From the NCBI GenBank assembly GCA_950097015.1, contig CATNEN010000007.1:3534001-3598000 (forward strand): a stretch of DNA of 64,000 nt. Reading direction: 5' to 3'. Under the pieces are notes generated by a model. It saw only the letters and a program-made list of their open reading frames with translations. It did no database searches and was not told where the DNA came from. This document shows positions 1-12,995 of this stretch, piece after piece. The position numbers and the translations under genes were made by a program. Each line of letters begins with the position of its first letter. Position 1 is the stretch's first letter. The DNA is from Macrostomum hystrix. Lineage: Eukaryota > Animalia > Platyhelminthes.

Positions 1-20
1 ACGCGCAGTACCAGCACGCT

Positions 21-2546
21 ATGGACATCTTCCTCGCTGCCGACGAAGGCGCGAGCCTAACCGAGCCAGACGACGAAGACGCCGAGGAGGACGAAGAAGA
101 CGAGGAGCTAGAAGATGATGATGAAGAGGAAGAGGATTTAGAAGAGGACTTGGACGCGGAAGAAGAGTTACAACAGGATGATGAAGACATCGCTGAGGAG
201 GCTGTTGACGTAGCCGAGGGTCCGAAGTCGCACTCAATTGCTTCGCTGGAGCTGAATGAGCACAGCTCACCGCAGATGCAGCAGCAGAGGCGACTGAGAG
301 ACAGCGGACAGCCGTACGACACGAACTCTTTCCTGTGGGCCCAGCAGCTGCTGCGGGCCCACGGAGCCGCCACAGCGGTAGCCGCAGCAGCCGCCGCTGC
401 TGCCGCGGCCACCGACAAAGCCTCCGGTGAAAGCCAGCCAAAGGAGCCCGGAAAAATTGCTTCACCGGAAGCGCCGACGAGCCGGCCGTCGACGGCACAG
501 CCGCCTGAGATTGAACCCGCGTCCTCCAGCCATTCACCGAAGAGCAACAAGGACCGCGCCACCTCATCGTCGCCTGAAGCTTCGCCGCTACCGCCCCCGC
601 CTCCTCCACCTCCGCCGCCATCACTCACGCCGCAGCCGACTCAAGCAGAGCCGCATTCGCAGCCGCCACCGCCACTTCTGCAACCAGCACAGCAGCAGCA
701 GCGACAGCAACATGAGCATCAGCTGCCCCGACTGCCACAGCAGCAGAGGCAACAGAGGCAGCAGCCAAACCTTCCAGTTCCGGCGTCTTTGCCTCTGCAC
801 CAGCCTCAGTTGCAGCAGCAGGCGCAGCAGCCGCAAAAGCCGTCGCCCCATCCGCCGCCAGTACCACCGGCGTCAGTCAGTAACGGCGAACCGTCGACCT
901 CGGCAGCGGCTGCGGCTTCTTTAGCCGCTGCCGCCGCGGCAGCATTTGGTGTTAACAGCCCGTTTCGACACCATCCTAATGCGGCGGCGGCTGCAGCTGC
1001 GGCTGCTGTAGCGGCCGGCGCTTTTCCTGGCGGTCCATTTCCAAGATCGGCGCTGGAGTCCTACCTGTACCGGCCCTTCATCACACCCTACAACCCGCCC
1101 CCGTTTGACTGGCACCCCCTGTCAAAACGACCCCGGCTCGATGCAGAAGCTACGAGCAGTCTGTCCCATCACCATCATCATCCGCTGCTGTCGCTGCCGC
1201 AGGCGCCGATACCACCGCATGCCCAGACGCAGCATCCGCCGCGGCCAGCGCCGCCGCCTCCACCGCTTCCGACAGCGCCAAATGCTTCTCAACGTCAGCC
1301 GCCGCAGCACCCGCTGTGGAGCCTGCCGCACATGCTCACTGACTTCTATGCGGCAACTGCGCGAACCTCAACACCGCGACCGTCATCTGCCGCTGTAGCC
1401 GCTGCTGCAGCTGCAGCTGCGGCCGCCTTCGGCAAGCAAGCCCCGGAGTCGGCACTGTCCGCCTTCAGCAGCTTCCTGCCGAAGTCCGTTGCTCCGCCGA
1501 CCCGGGTAGCGACATCGAATAACTGCGGCGGTGGCGGTGGAGTTGGCCGCAGCGTCAGCCCAGCCCGGGGCCACGCGCCAAACGCATCGCCGCACATGGC
1601 GGTCGGGCCGACGCTTACTTCGCCACTGCAGCAGCAGCAGCAGCAGCAGCAGCATCAGCGGCAGCATCAGCAGCAGCAGCATCGGCATCATAATCGAGAG
1701 CCAAAGTCTGGCGGCGCTAACGGAAACAACAACAGCAATTCGTTGTCCCACAGCGGAGGCAGCCGAAATAGCAACAACTCCGCACTGAGGTCGCCGACAC
1801 CGCCTCCGCAGCCGTCTCGGCCGTCGATGTTTCACCATCACAGACGCCACCGGTCGAGATCGCCGCTGCCGCTGCCCAACTCACCAGTGCGCGGCAGCGC
1901 CGGCAGCGACATCAGCGATGGCACGCCGACATCCGCATCTGCTGCGGCAGCCGCCGCCGCCGCCGCTGTAGCCGCCGCTGCAGCCGCCCGGGATCGTCGC
2001 AGCGACACGTGCGAGTACTGCGGCAAGATCTTCAAGAACTGCTCGAACCTCACGGTGCACCGGCGCAGCCACACCGGCGAGAAGCCGTACAAGTGCCGGC
2101 TGTGCAACTACGCCTGCGCCCAGAGCAGCAAACTGACGCGGCACATGAAGACCCACGGCAGGGACGGCAAGGCGTCCTACGTGTGCAAGTACTGCAACAC
2201 GCCCTACACGGTGCCCAGCACCCTGGAGAAGCACATGCGAAAGTGCATGAAGGATCGCCATCTGCAGTCGCACATGTCCGCCGCTGCCGCCGCCGCTGCG
2301 GCCGCCGCGCTTCGACCCTCCCTGCCGCTGACATCCCCGCATCACCATCATCATCATCACCACCACCTGATGCACCGGAGCTTCGGCCTGTCAAACTCCT
2401 ACTCCTCCAAGCTGGCTAACGCTGCCGCAGCCGCCGCCGCCGCCGCCGCAGCCGCCGCGGCCGCCAACGCGTCGGAGGGTGAGGGCTCGCCTTCGCCGTC
2501 AATCACTGCGGCTGACAGCCCCAAGACCGAGGAGATCGATGTTTGA
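21..2546 (+). CDS. BCL11: BCL11/CTIP-family C2H2 zinc-finger transcription factor; probably the last exon, with the 5' part outside the window
   Basis: 841-aa ORF. C-terminal finger triplet [54 protein letters not shown]...[21 protein letters not shown] (about 2000-2250) matches BCL11A/B fingers 4-6 from memory. Also has an acidic tract, an SKRPRLD NLS-like motif and poly-A/Q/H/P. The frame is open upstream of the ATG to the window edge. Confidence 0.88.
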   Translation: MDIFLAADEGASLTEPDDEDAEEDEEDEELEDDDEEEEDLEEDLDAEEELQQDDEDIAEEAVDVAEGPKSHSIASLELNEHSSPQMQQQRRLRDSGQPYDTNSFLWAQQLLRAHGAATAVAAAAAAAAAATDKASGESQPKEPGKIASPEAPTSRPSTAQPPEIEPASSSHSPKSNKDRATSSSPEASPLPPPPPPPPPPSLTPQPTQAEPHSQPPPPLLQPAQQQQRQQHEHQLPRLPQQQRQQRQQPNLPVPASLPLHQPQLQQQAQQPQKPSPHPPPVPPASVSNGEPSTSAAAAASLAAAAAAAFGVNSPFRHHPNAAAAAAAAAVAAGAFPGGPFPRSALESYLYRPFITPYNPPPFDWHPLSKRPRLDAEATSSLSHHHHHPLLSLPQAPIPPHAQTQHPPRPAPPPPPLPTAPNASQRQPPQHPLWSLPHMLTDFYAATARTSTPRPSSAAVAAAAAAAAAAFGKQAPESALSAFSSFLPKSVAPPTRVATSNNCGGGGGVGRSVSPARGHAPNASPHMAVGPTLTSPLQQQQQQQQHQRQHQQQQHRHHNREPKSGGANGNNNSNSLSHSGGSRNSNNSALRSPTPPPQPSRPSMFHHHRRHRSRSPLPLPNSPVRGSAGSDISDGTPTSASAAAAAAAAAVAAAAAARDRRSDTCEYCGKIFKNCSNLTVHRRSHTGEKPYKCRLCNYACAQSSKLTRHMKTHGRDGKASYVCKYCNTPYTVPSTLEKHMRKCMKDRHLQSHMSAAAAAAAAAALRPSLPLTSPHHHHHHHHHLMHRSFGLSNSYSSKLANAAAAAAAAAAAAAAANASEGEGSPSPSITAADSPKTEEIDV

Positions 2547-3314
2547 CAGTCTCAACGCATTCATTAGTATTACTCAGTGAATCCCAAGGACAAGTCTCTT
2601 CACCCCCGAAATGCTTGTGATCTGGCGGACTCTGATCCCGAAAATTTCAGTCGACGTGTTTTAAATCTTTCTAGCTTTTCACATTGTGTAGCGGTGGTTA
2701 AAGTTTTATTCATTTTGTCATTTAACTGTCTGTCTCTGTTTCCTCCTTGTCTTCAGCTTCTACTTTGCTTGGTTGTGCATTTTTTAACAAAAAAATTGTT
2801 TCAGTGCAACAAAAAGATTTTCGAATTGTGTTTCTTCTTGCAAAGGATTTTTATCGGAACATATTATTCAAAATGGTAGCAGTGTGCAAGCCCCTTGTGT
2901 TTTGTTAGAATTACTGCTCTATTCTGCTTGTTCTCCGCTTCTTTAACTCAACGGACTTTCGTGTTCCCTCGATGAAGAGCCGCGGCAAGCCCACAGATTC
3001 CGATCGAAATCTGGTTCACTGATCGATTTGATTGACCAATGACCGTTTTTCATGTCCTTTTTTCACAACTTTTAGCAAACTATTGTTGTTTGACGTCTCA
3101 TGTGCACATACACACACGTATTGCTATATTGTTCTACATACTAAAATAGTAAATTATATGCTTATCAGTTCATTGTGCAATCTTTCCGTGTTTCTTTTGT
3201 TTCTGTCTCGGCTTTCTCTTCTGTTCTGCTTGTTTTTGACCGGCGCGACCAGCACAAACTCTGCCGTACATTTCTTGCGCGCTTTCCCTGATCCCAATTT
3301 TTTATCAAAATCCC

Positions 3315-3320
3315 AATAAA
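3315..3320 (+). terminator. Candidate polyadenylation signal for the BCL11-like gene
   Basis: AATAAA at the end of a T-rich stretch about 770 nt after the stop codon. Confidence 0.4.
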
Positions 3321-3451
3321 TTTATGCCACACAACAAATTGCCCGCCACAGCACCGGCAATCAAACTCAATCCGAAAGTAACAAAAAATTCAAACAAAAT
3401 CTTTAGATTTTCGCTTTCAATGCTTTAAAAAATATATGATCTAAGATATAA

Positions 3452-3929
3452 AGAGAAAGTGACATTGCAATCTAAGGAGAGAGTGACATTGCAATCTAAG
3501 GAGAGAGTGACATTGCAATCTAAGGAGAGAGTGAAATTGGGATCTAAGAAGAGAGTGACATTGCGATCTAAGGAGAGAGTGACATTGCGATCTAAGGAGA
3601 GAGTGAGTGACATTGGGATCTAAGGAGAGAGTGACATTGCGATCTAAGGAGAGAGAGAGACATTACGATCTAAGAAGAGAGTGAGTGACGTTGGGATCTA
3701 AGGAGAGAGTGACGTTGGGATCTAAGGAGAGAGTGAGTGACGTTGGGATCTAAGGAGAGAGTGAGTGACGTTGGGATCTAAGGAGAGAGTGACTTTGGGA
3801 TCTAAGGAGAGAGTGACGTTGGGATCTAAGGAGAGAGTGACGTTAGGACCTAAGGAGAGAGTGACGTTAGGACCTGAGGAGAGAGTGAGTGACGTTGGGA
3901 TCTAAGGAGAGAGTGACATTGGGATCTAA
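3452..3929. repeat. 24-bp minisatellite (some 28-bp units)
   Basis: Unit GACATTGCAATCTAAGGAGAGAGT drifting to GACGTTGGGATCTAAGGAGAGAGT. Confidence 0.9.
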
Positions 3930-4718
3930 AGGTGTGTCGTTTAGGAATTGGTGTACGCAAGTTGTCACAAGCATTCTTAGCTGTTTCATGAGTAACGAGA
4001 ATTCAGTACATAGCAAGAAAGCCTGCTAAAACACTGAGTGGCTGAGTGGACCATTGAAGACAAAAAATCGACGACAACCCGAGACCTCTCAACTGGGAAG
4101 GCATTCGCGCGATCATCTATAGTATCTGCCTATCGCATCGCCAACACCTGCGGGCCGGGCCCTCTTCAGCAGCAGCAGCAGCAGCAGCAGGAGGCAATGG
4201 TAAAGTCAATCATCCGACAAGCATTGGGGCCTTCACACTCCACTTAATGGTCGGTCCAATAAGTGTAGTAGGGCCTGAGAGAGAGGTTGGGAGGACACAG
4301 GGAGACAGTCAGATGGAGCTGGGGACCCCCTAGGCTGGAGTGGGAGGGGGGCGCGAACTCGCGGACACACGCGCTGACCGTGACCACGCGGCTCCCACAT
4401 TTTCCCACACTTTCATCCCCCAAACCTCCTGTTCTATAGCTTTCTCCATCCATGCCAGCTTCTCAGCTAGCTCTCTGACTGACTGACTGACTGACTGGCT
4501 GACTGGCTCACTGATCTCATCTACCTGGCTAAACAAGGCGGTCCCCAATTGTTCTTTGTTCTCCGCCAATGAAGTTGGAGAAGCGAACGATGGAGTTCGA
4601 GTGATGCCTGCTTCAAATTCCAGCATTGAGCGGCGGCAGCGGCGGCAGGTGACAGGCCCGACTCTTGTGCAATCAGTGGGGCCTGGAGAAGCCTGTTGCC
4701 CCCCAGCTACTGCCTTTG

Positions 4719-5290
4719 GGGATTTGGTACGAGCGGGATTTGGTACGAGTGGGATTTGGTACGAGTGGGATTTGGTACGAGTGGGATTTGGTACGAGTGG
4801 GATTTGGTACGAGTGGGATTTGGTACGAGTGGGATTTGGTACGAGTGGGATTTGGTACGAGTGGGATTTGGTACGAGTGGGATTTGGTACGAGTGGGATT
4901 TGGTACGAGTGGGATTTGGTACGAGTGGGATTTGGTACGAGTGGGATTTGGTACGAGTGGGATTTGGTACGAGTGGGATTTGGTACGAGTGGGATTTGGT
5001 ACGAGTGGGATTTGGTACGAGTGGGATTTGGTACGAGTGGGATTTGGTACGAGTGGGATTTGGTACGAGTGGGATTTGGTACGAGTGGGATTTGGTACGA
5101 GTGGGATTTGGTACGAGTGGGATTTGGTACGAGTGGGATTTGGTACGAGTGGGATTTGGTACGAGTGGGATTTGGTACGAGTGGGATTTGGTACGAGTGG
5201 GATTTGGTACGAGTGGGATTTGGTACGAGTGGGATTTGGTACGAGTGGGATTTGGTACGAGTGGGATTTGGTACGAGTGGGATTTGGTAC
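4719..5290. repeat. 16-bp minisatellite, about 36 near-perfect copies
   Basis: GGGATTTGGTACGAGT. Confidence 0.97.
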
Positions 5291-5435
5291 TGACTCCTGT
5301 CTCCGAGACAAGCCTTGGAGCAGCAATAAGATTAGGAGTAACAGGTGATTTCTGTCGCATTGTATAGAAGCCAATTCCCAGAGAGCACCCAGTTGAGCGC
5401 CTTCTCTTGACCCTCCCTAGGCAAACTTAGCCGGG

Positions 5436-5473
<38 letters not shown>

Positions 5474-5660
5474 CCGCACTTGACAAACCGTGAGCTGTTT
5501 TTGACAACTTGACAAACGCTTGACTGGCCCCCTTATCGACTGAGGGCAGACAATGCGCGATTCTGTCAGGCTGCAGTTATCCCTGAAATTCTGTGTTTAC
5601 CCAAGCTGAATAGAAACTGACACCGATTCCAACCTCCGTGCCCGTTCTCACCTGTTGAGC

Positions 5661-6152
5661 GGACTAGCAGACAAATGATAAGAATGGCAGTAATATTCTT
5701 AGGACTGGCAGACAAATGATAAGAATGGCAGTAATATTCTTAGGACTAGCAGACAAATGGTAATAATGGCAGTAATATTCTTAGGACTAGCAGACAAATG
5801 GTAATAATGGCAGTAATATTCTTAGGACTGACAGACAAATGGTAATAATGGCAGTAATATTCTTAGGACTGACAGACAAATGATAAGAAGGGCAGTAATA
5901 TTCTTAGGACTAGCAGACAAATGATAAGAAGGGCAGTAATATTCTTAGGACTAGCAGACAAATGATAAGAATGGCAGTAATATTCTTAGGACTAGCAGAC
6001 AAATGATAAGAATGGCAGTAATATTCTTAGGACTGGCAGACAAATGATAAGAATGGCAGTAATATTCTTAGGACTAGCAGACAAATGATAAGAATGGCAG
6101 TAATATTCTTAGGACTAGCAGACAAATGATAAGAATGGCAGTAATATTCTTA
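5661..6152. repeat. 41-bp minisatellite, 12 copies
   Basis: GGACTAGCAGACAAATGATAAGAATGGCAGTAATATTCTTA. Confidence 0.95.
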
Positions 6153-6932
6153 GAAAAAAGCCTGTCAGGAATGGGTCACGCACCGACACTTCACCCTGGG
6201 GACAGCATGCCAGTGTTTACTGCGCCGAAATCTCATTGAGCCATCGGATCCGGGACATTGTTGTGCGGCTGAATGACAGGGTCACAGACCCGTCCAAGCT
6301 TCAGTTAATTGGGCCCGGACAAACCCGAAAAAGCTTTTTTTTCCGACTGTTAACAACCCAGTAGTTGCATCTTGATAGTGCCAACCAGGCAGGAAGTCAG
6401 GCAGGTGTGGAAGGAACCATCACTGACAGACAGACCTGCAGACAGTTGCTAGAATAAGATGGACAGCTATTTCAAGTTTCTGAGATGTTTTAAAATAGTT
6501 TTGCAATTTGAATACATCATCTTTGTTGGATCTTGAATTGGGAAAATTTAGGATCTAGTGAAAGTGGGAAGAGTGTCACTTTGGGATCAAGGAGAGTGAT
6601 TTTAGGATCTAACGAGAGAGTGAGACTGGGAGTGAAACATCTGATAATATTAATAATAATTTTTGAGGACTGCAGGCAATGGCACAACATTTGGTGACAC
6701 TAGATCCGCAGCCAGCGAGGAGGCAATTCTGCCCATTCCGCTGACTCCTGAGCACACACGCACACAGATACTGTACGCAGGCACACGCTCACACAGGTGT
6801 GTACATCTGCCCTGACTTTCTCATCGTCAGGCAGTGTACACTCTCACTGTGCGTTGGAGGTTGGCCCTCAAGGGTATAAATTGTACGACAAGCCCCCGAG
6901 CCTTCTCTCCGCGGCTGCGCCCCAAATGAATG

Positions 6933-7003
6933 TGGCGCCTCGCCGCGGAATCGAACTCAGGGACCTTGTTGCGTTAGACCGCGTTAGACCGCTCTGACAC
7001 TGG
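6933..7003 (-). pseudogene. Degenerate tRNA-like element (SINE head or pseudo-tRNA)
   Basis: Minus strand CAGAGCGGTCTAACGCG (A-box/D-arm-like), GAGTTCGATTCC (B-box), ending GGCGCCA; the anticodon arm is replaced by a GCGGTCTAAC duplication. Confidence 0.4.
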
Positions 7004-7721
7004 GATGTAAGAAGTGTGACAATTTGGGATCTGTTTCTTCTGAGTGCCCGAATTTCTAAAATTTCCATCAGCAAAAGTCGCGGACCGTGTTTTCCTAAAC
7101 TTATCAAAGCCGGCCCAGGTGACCTTGTTGAATTGAACAGCCCAGCCCAGTCTCTGCTGAAACAGCATTTGGACAAACCAGCTCCCATTACAAGTCAATT
7201 TGTTGCTCTTTGGGACACAGCGAGACTTTGATATGAAATTAAACCACTTTATTATATTCTTTGCTAGAAGCGAATCGAACACACTGCAGGAATTCGGCAA
7301 CATCTGAAAGACAGATCACTAGCAGCATTCTTAAAAAATAATGGAATGCGTTCGAGACTCGAATTCCAAAGAATCAGCGAACTAAATACTGCCGCTGCTG
7401 CCGCTGCTGCTGCTGCTGCTGCTGCTGGACAAGGAGGCCAGCCCGTGTTTGGCTAACAAGTGGTCCCTTTGTGCTGTTTCCCATATTGCATTATTGTGCG
7501 GGCCATTCATCAAAATGCGACATGAATTATGAGCCCCAGCAGCTGACTTGCCAAATTAATAGCAGCCAAACAATCGGGCAAGTGGGACATGAGACACACA
7601 CACCACAGGAATTTTTTGCCCCGAATCAAAGTCTTAGCTGCGGGAGGAAAGTCGATAGTTTAGAAAAAATCTGATACTAAATTTGCATCAAATATTTTAG
7701 CGCTGCAGGCACAAAGAGACA

Positions 7722-8516
7722 AACAGTGAGAGACAACAGTAGAGATTGTGAGATAGGTTTGATACTAGTGAGATAGATAGTGAAATAGAATGAAGAGAGA
7801 CAGTGAGATAGAATAGAGAGAGACAGTGAGAAAGAAAGTGGGAGAGACAGTGAGAGAGACAGTGAGATAGAATAGAGAGAGACAGTGAGAAAGAAAGTGG
7901 GACAGACAGTGAGATAGAGTAGAGAGAGACAGTGAGAAAGACAGTGGGAGAGACAGTGAGATAGAGTAGAGAGACAGTGAGAAAGACAGTGGGAGAGACA
8001 GTGAGATAGAATAGAGAGAGACAGTGAGAGAGACAGTGAGATAGAATAGAGAGAGACAGTGAGAGAGACAGTGAGATAGAATAGAGAGAGACAGTGAGAG
8101 AGACAGTGAGATAGAATAGAGAGAGACAGTGAGAGAGACAGTGAGATAGAATAGAGAGAGACAGTGAGAGAGACAGTGAGATAGAATAGAGAGAGACAGT
8201 GAGAGAGACAGTGAGAGACAGTGAGAGAGACAGTGAGATAGAATAGAGAGAGACAGTGAGAGAGACAGTGAGATAGAATAGAGAGAGACAGTGAGAGAGA
8301 CAGTGAGAGACAGTGAGAGAGACAGTGAGATAGAATAGAGAGAGACAGTGAGATAGAATAGTGAGAGACAGTGAGAGAGACAGTGAGATAGAATAGAGAG
8401 AGACAGTGAGAGAGACAGTGAGATAGAATAGAGAGAGACAGTGAGAGAGACAGTGAGAGAGACAGTGAGAGAGACAGTGAGACAGGCAGTGAGATTGAAT
8501 GAAGAGAGACAGTGAG
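7722..8516. repeat. GA-rich compound micro/minisatellite
   Basis: GAGAGAGACAGTGAGATAGAATA and GAGAGACAGT modules. Confidence 0.92.
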
Positions 8517-8965
8517 TAGCCAAGCAACCAAATTCAGTGAGAAATTATGAATTAATTATCCAAAATAATATTCTACTATATTTATTATATTCTATTCTAT
8601 TCTATTACCATATTCAGTTATGGTAAACACACAAAAGTCGTTACAACAGCTACTCCAAGACCAACAAACAGGCAGTCCTTAGTTTCGATAGCAAAGGCAA
8701 TATCTGCTATTGCTATTTGGTTTTGCCTGCTGTTTGCGGGGCCTGCATTGTGAATTGCGCAGCTTCTCCGGGACTAAACAGACCGGATTTCATTGCGAAC
8801 CGCTTTTGATTCTTATGGCTGAAATAGACAAATTTTCCAGTCAAGCTGCGCGAGAGACAGGCGAACCCGACAAACTGTTACATCTGTGCGGGTTCCACGG
8901 CTTGTGATCTAGGCAGTTCATTTCCAGACACAGAGCTTTGTTTTTTGTTTGTATAGTAAACAAGC

Positions 8966-9625
8966 TCCTCTGCCTCCTCTGCCTCCCCTGCCTCATTGGC
9001 CTCCTCTGCCTCCTCTGCCTCCTCTGCCTCCCCTGCCTCATTGGCCTCCCCTGCCTCCTCTGCCTCCTCTGCCTCCCCTGCCTCCTCTGCCTCCCCTGCC
9101 TCCTCTGCCTCCCCTGCCTCCTCTGCCTCCTCTGCCTCCCCTGCCTCCTCTGCCTCCCCTGCCTCCTCTGCCTCCCCTGCCTCCTCTGCCTCCCCTGCCT
9201 CCTCTGTCTCCCCTGCCTCCTCTGCCTCCTCTGCCTCCTCTGCCTCCTCTGCCTCCCCTGCCTCATTGGCCTCCTCTGCCTCCTATGCCTCCCCTGCCTC
9301 CCCTGCCTCATTGGCCTCCTCTGCCTCCCCTGCCTCCTCTGCCTCCTCTGCCTCCTCTGCCTCCCCTGCCTCATTGGCCTCCTCTGCCTCCTCTGCCTCC
9401 CCTGCCTCCCCTGCCTCATTGGCCTCCTCTGCCTCCCCAACCTCCTCTGCCTCCCCTGCCTCCTCTGCCTCCTCTGCCTCCCCTGCCTCCCCTGCCTCAT
9501 TGGCCTCCTCTGCCTCCCCTGCCTCCTCTGCCTCCTCTGCCTCCCCTGCCTCCTTTGCCTCCTCTGCCTCACCTGCCTCCTTTGCCTCCTCTGCCTCACC
9601 TGCCTCCTCTGCCTCCTCTGCCTCC
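8966..9625. repeat. 9-bp pyrimidine-rich minisatellite
   Basis: CCTCCTCTG / CCTCCCCTG / CCTCATTGG. Confidence 0.95.
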
Positions 9626-10793
9626 ACTGCCTTCTACTGTGACATCATCGTGAGTTACTCCCTCTTCGGAAATCGCAGAGGCAGAATCGCAAGCAATACG
9701 CACAGACAAAGCGATTTCTGATCCTTTAATCTGAGCAGCGAGTTGCATAAAGCTCGAGTTTTGTGTTTCATAATTGTGTGAGCCATTTGAGTAGGCGCGG
9801 AGCTGAATAAAAGAGTTAAACTCGACAGAAGCACACTCAGCGGGGCATCAAGCTGTTTCATTATCCTCTCCCAAATTCTTTAGCGGCGAGTCTATCATCC
9901 AGCTCTCAGCATCTCCGTGACAGTGAAAGTGGGGCGGCCTGTAGCCCGGGTCTTAACACACCAATGAGCACCAGCGGCAGCCTAATTACCAGCATCAGGC
10001 CTCAGGGGGGGAGGATGGCGATATAAGAGAGGGCTCGCCGAGGCGGGGGGTCACGCCGCTGCGGAGGCCACCTGTTATTACGGGTCCGCATGAATTGTTT
10101 AGCACCTGCAGCCGGGGCTCTACTCGCGGCGAGTAATTAGGCGTGGTCGCAGAGGTCGTCAGCTAGCCAGGGCCTACTCCTAGTTGTATTAATATCGGGT
10201 ATTTTCTATTGCCATTCTACAGGGGTGGGCATATATCCGGCTATGTAATCCCATCTCAGGGCGAGTCCTTCGAATCCTCCAGGGGAGGGGGCCGCGCCGC
10301 ACGCTCTCCCGCGTGTCCCTCGGCCGACAGCGGCTGCGCCTTGGCAACGCGGGCCGCGGTCCGCAGACAAAAGGCCGGATTAGTTACAGAGTCGGTCGGT
10401 GTTTTTTTTCATCGCGCCGGCTCCTCCCCATCTCTCATTTGAAAAGCTTCTCACGCAACAATTTCCAAGGATTCTGAAGCCAAGTGTGTTAGCCCGCCAG
10501 AATTTGGGAGAAAAGAAGACAAGGAAAGAGGGGGATTAGCAACTCGGTGAAATCCCAGTTCCCTGCACCCTAACACCGCCCATTGAGTCATTCACGGTCG
10601 ACCGAGCAGTCGGTGTAGGATTGCCAAAGGCTCGCGAAGGCGTGCAGCGAATATCTGAGTCGGTTACAGCCGAGTTTTTGGAAGGCCCAAACCATATCAC
10701 CACCGCTGCTGACATCCCGCTCGTGTGTTCTGAACGCTGCGACTGCTCTTTTGCAGAAATACACGCGCCAACTGCCTGGTTAGCAAATCATAT

Positions 10794-12219
10794 AGTGTGA
10801 TTTCTCATCCCTCAATCGCATCCAGTGTGATTTCTCATCCATCTGTCTCATTAAGTGTGATTTCTCATCCCTCTATCTCATCTAGTGTGATTTCTCATCC
10901 CTCTATCTCATCTAGTGTGATTTCTCATCCCTCAATCTCATCCTCTGTGATTTCTCATCCCTCAATCGCATCCAGTGTGATTTCTCATCCCTCTGTCTCA
11001 TCGAGTGTGATTTCTCATCCCTCTGTCTCATTAAGTGTGATTTCTCATCCCTCAATCGCATCCAGTGTGATTTCTCATATCTCTATCTTATCTAGTGTGA
11101 TTTCTCATCGCTTTATCTCATCTAGTGTGATTTCTCATCCCTCTATCTCATCTAGTGTGATTTCTCATCCCTCAATCGCATCCAGTGTGATTTCTCATCC
11201 ATCTGTCTCATTAAGTGTGATTTCTCATCCCTCTGTCTCATCTAGTGTGATTTCTCATCCCTCAATCGCATCCAGTGTGATTTCTCATCCATCTGTCTCA
11301 TTAAGTGTGATTTCTCATCCCTCTGTCTCATCGAGTGTGATTTCTCATCCCTCTGTCTCATTAAGTGTGATTTCTCATCCCTCTATCTCATCTAGTGTGA
11401 TTTCTCATATCTCTATCTTATCTAGTGTGATTTCTCATCGCTTTATCTCATCTAGTGTGATTTCTCATCGCTCTATCTCATCTAGTGTGATTTCTCATCC
11501 CTCAATCGCATCCAGTGTGATTTCTCATCCATCTGTCTCATTAAGTGTGATTTCTCATCCCTCTGTCTCATCTAGTGTGATTTCTCATCCCTCAATCGCA
11601 TCGAGTGTGATTTCTCATCCCTCTGTCTCATTAAGTGTGATTTCTCATCCCTCAATCGCATCCAGTGTGATTTCTCATATCTCTATCTTATCTAGTGTGA
11701 TTTCTCATCGCTTTATCTCATCTAGTGTGATTTCTCATCCCTCTGTCTCATTAAGTGTGATTTCTCATCCCTCAATCGCATCCAGTGTGATTTCTCATCC
11801 ATCTGTCTCATTAAGTGTGATTTCTCATCCCTCTGTCTCATTAAGTGTGATTTCTCATCCCTCTGTCTCATCGAGTGTGATTTCTCACCCCTCTGTCTCA
11901 TCGAGTGTGATTTCTCATCCCTCTATCTCATCCAGTGTGATTTCTCATCCCTCTGTCTCATCCAGTGTGATTTCTCATCCCTCTGTCTCATCCAGTGTGA
12001 TTTCTCATCCCTCTGTCTCATCCAGTGTGATTTCTCATCCCTCTGTCTCATCCAGTGTGATTTCTCATCCATCTGTCTCATCCAGTGTGATTTCTCATCC
12101 CTCTGTCTCATCCAGTGTGATTTCTCATCCCTCTGTCTCATCCAGTGTGATTTCTCATCCCTCTGTCTCATCCTGTGTGATTTCTCATCCCTCAATCTCA
12201 TCCAGTGTGATTTCTCATC
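10794..12219. repeat. 30-bp minisatellite, about 47 copies
   Basis: AGTGTGATTTCTCATCCCTCTGTCTCATCC with recurring variant blocks. Confidence 0.97.
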
Positions 12220-12531
12220 GCAAGAGAGCAAGGAAAGTTTTGGGATAAAAAGTGAACGGAAGGGATTATTTGGAATGCATTAAGCGAATAAGTGGGTGAA
12301 CAAAAATAATTTTTTGAGGCAGGGACAGAAACGGTGGCTTGAAACGGTGACAGAGGGCTCGATAAATAGCAATAATAATCTCAGTCCACAATCCGGGTTT
12401 TCATGGCAGAACGAAAGGCCAGAAACGTAAATAATAACTCAAGAGTTGTCTGTATTGCTTTTATAGCTAGATAAAGCCGTTTTAATTTCACAGAAAATCT
12501 TTACGACACAAAAAGGCCATGTACTGATACA

Positions 12532-12995
12532 AAACAGGTGCTTCATTCACCTTTGGTCTGAAACAGGTGCTTCATTCACCTGTGATCTAAAACAGGTGCT
12601 TCATTCACCTGTGATCTAAAACAGGTGCTTCATTCACCTGTGATCTGAAACAGGTGCTTCATTCACCTGTGATCTGAAACAGGTGCTTCATTCACCTGTG
12701 ATCTGAAACAGGTGCTTCATTCACCTGTGATCTGAAACAGGTGCTTCATTCACCTGTGATCTAAAACAGGTGCTTCATTCATCTGTGATCAGAAACAGGT
12801 GCTTCATTCACCTGTGATCTGAAACAGGTGCTTCATTCACCTGTGATCTAAAACAGGTGCTTCATTCACCGGTGATCTAAAACAGGTGCTTCATTCACCT
12901 GTGATCTGAAACAGGTGCTTCATTCACCTGTGATCTAAAACAGGTGCTTCATTCACCTGTGATCTGAAACAGGTGCTTCATTCACCTGTGATCTG
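12532..12995. repeat. 29-bp minisatellite, 16 copies, with internal inverted repeat
   Basis: AAACAGGTGCTTCATTCACCTGTGATCTG. Confidence 0.96.

Noticed and set aside
19-2419. Overlapping antisense and alternative-frame ORFs across the BCL11 gene
   Set aside because: Expected by-products of a GC-rich, triplet-repeat coding sequence.
4556-5374. Long ORFs on both strands (GFGTSGIWYEWDLVRV repeats)
   Set aside because: They arise from a stop-free 16-bp tandem unit that cycles through all frames.
7677-9721. Leu/Ser-, Pro- and Arg/Gln-rich ORFs
   Set aside because: Translations of the GA-rich and 9-bp satellites, open in several frames at once.
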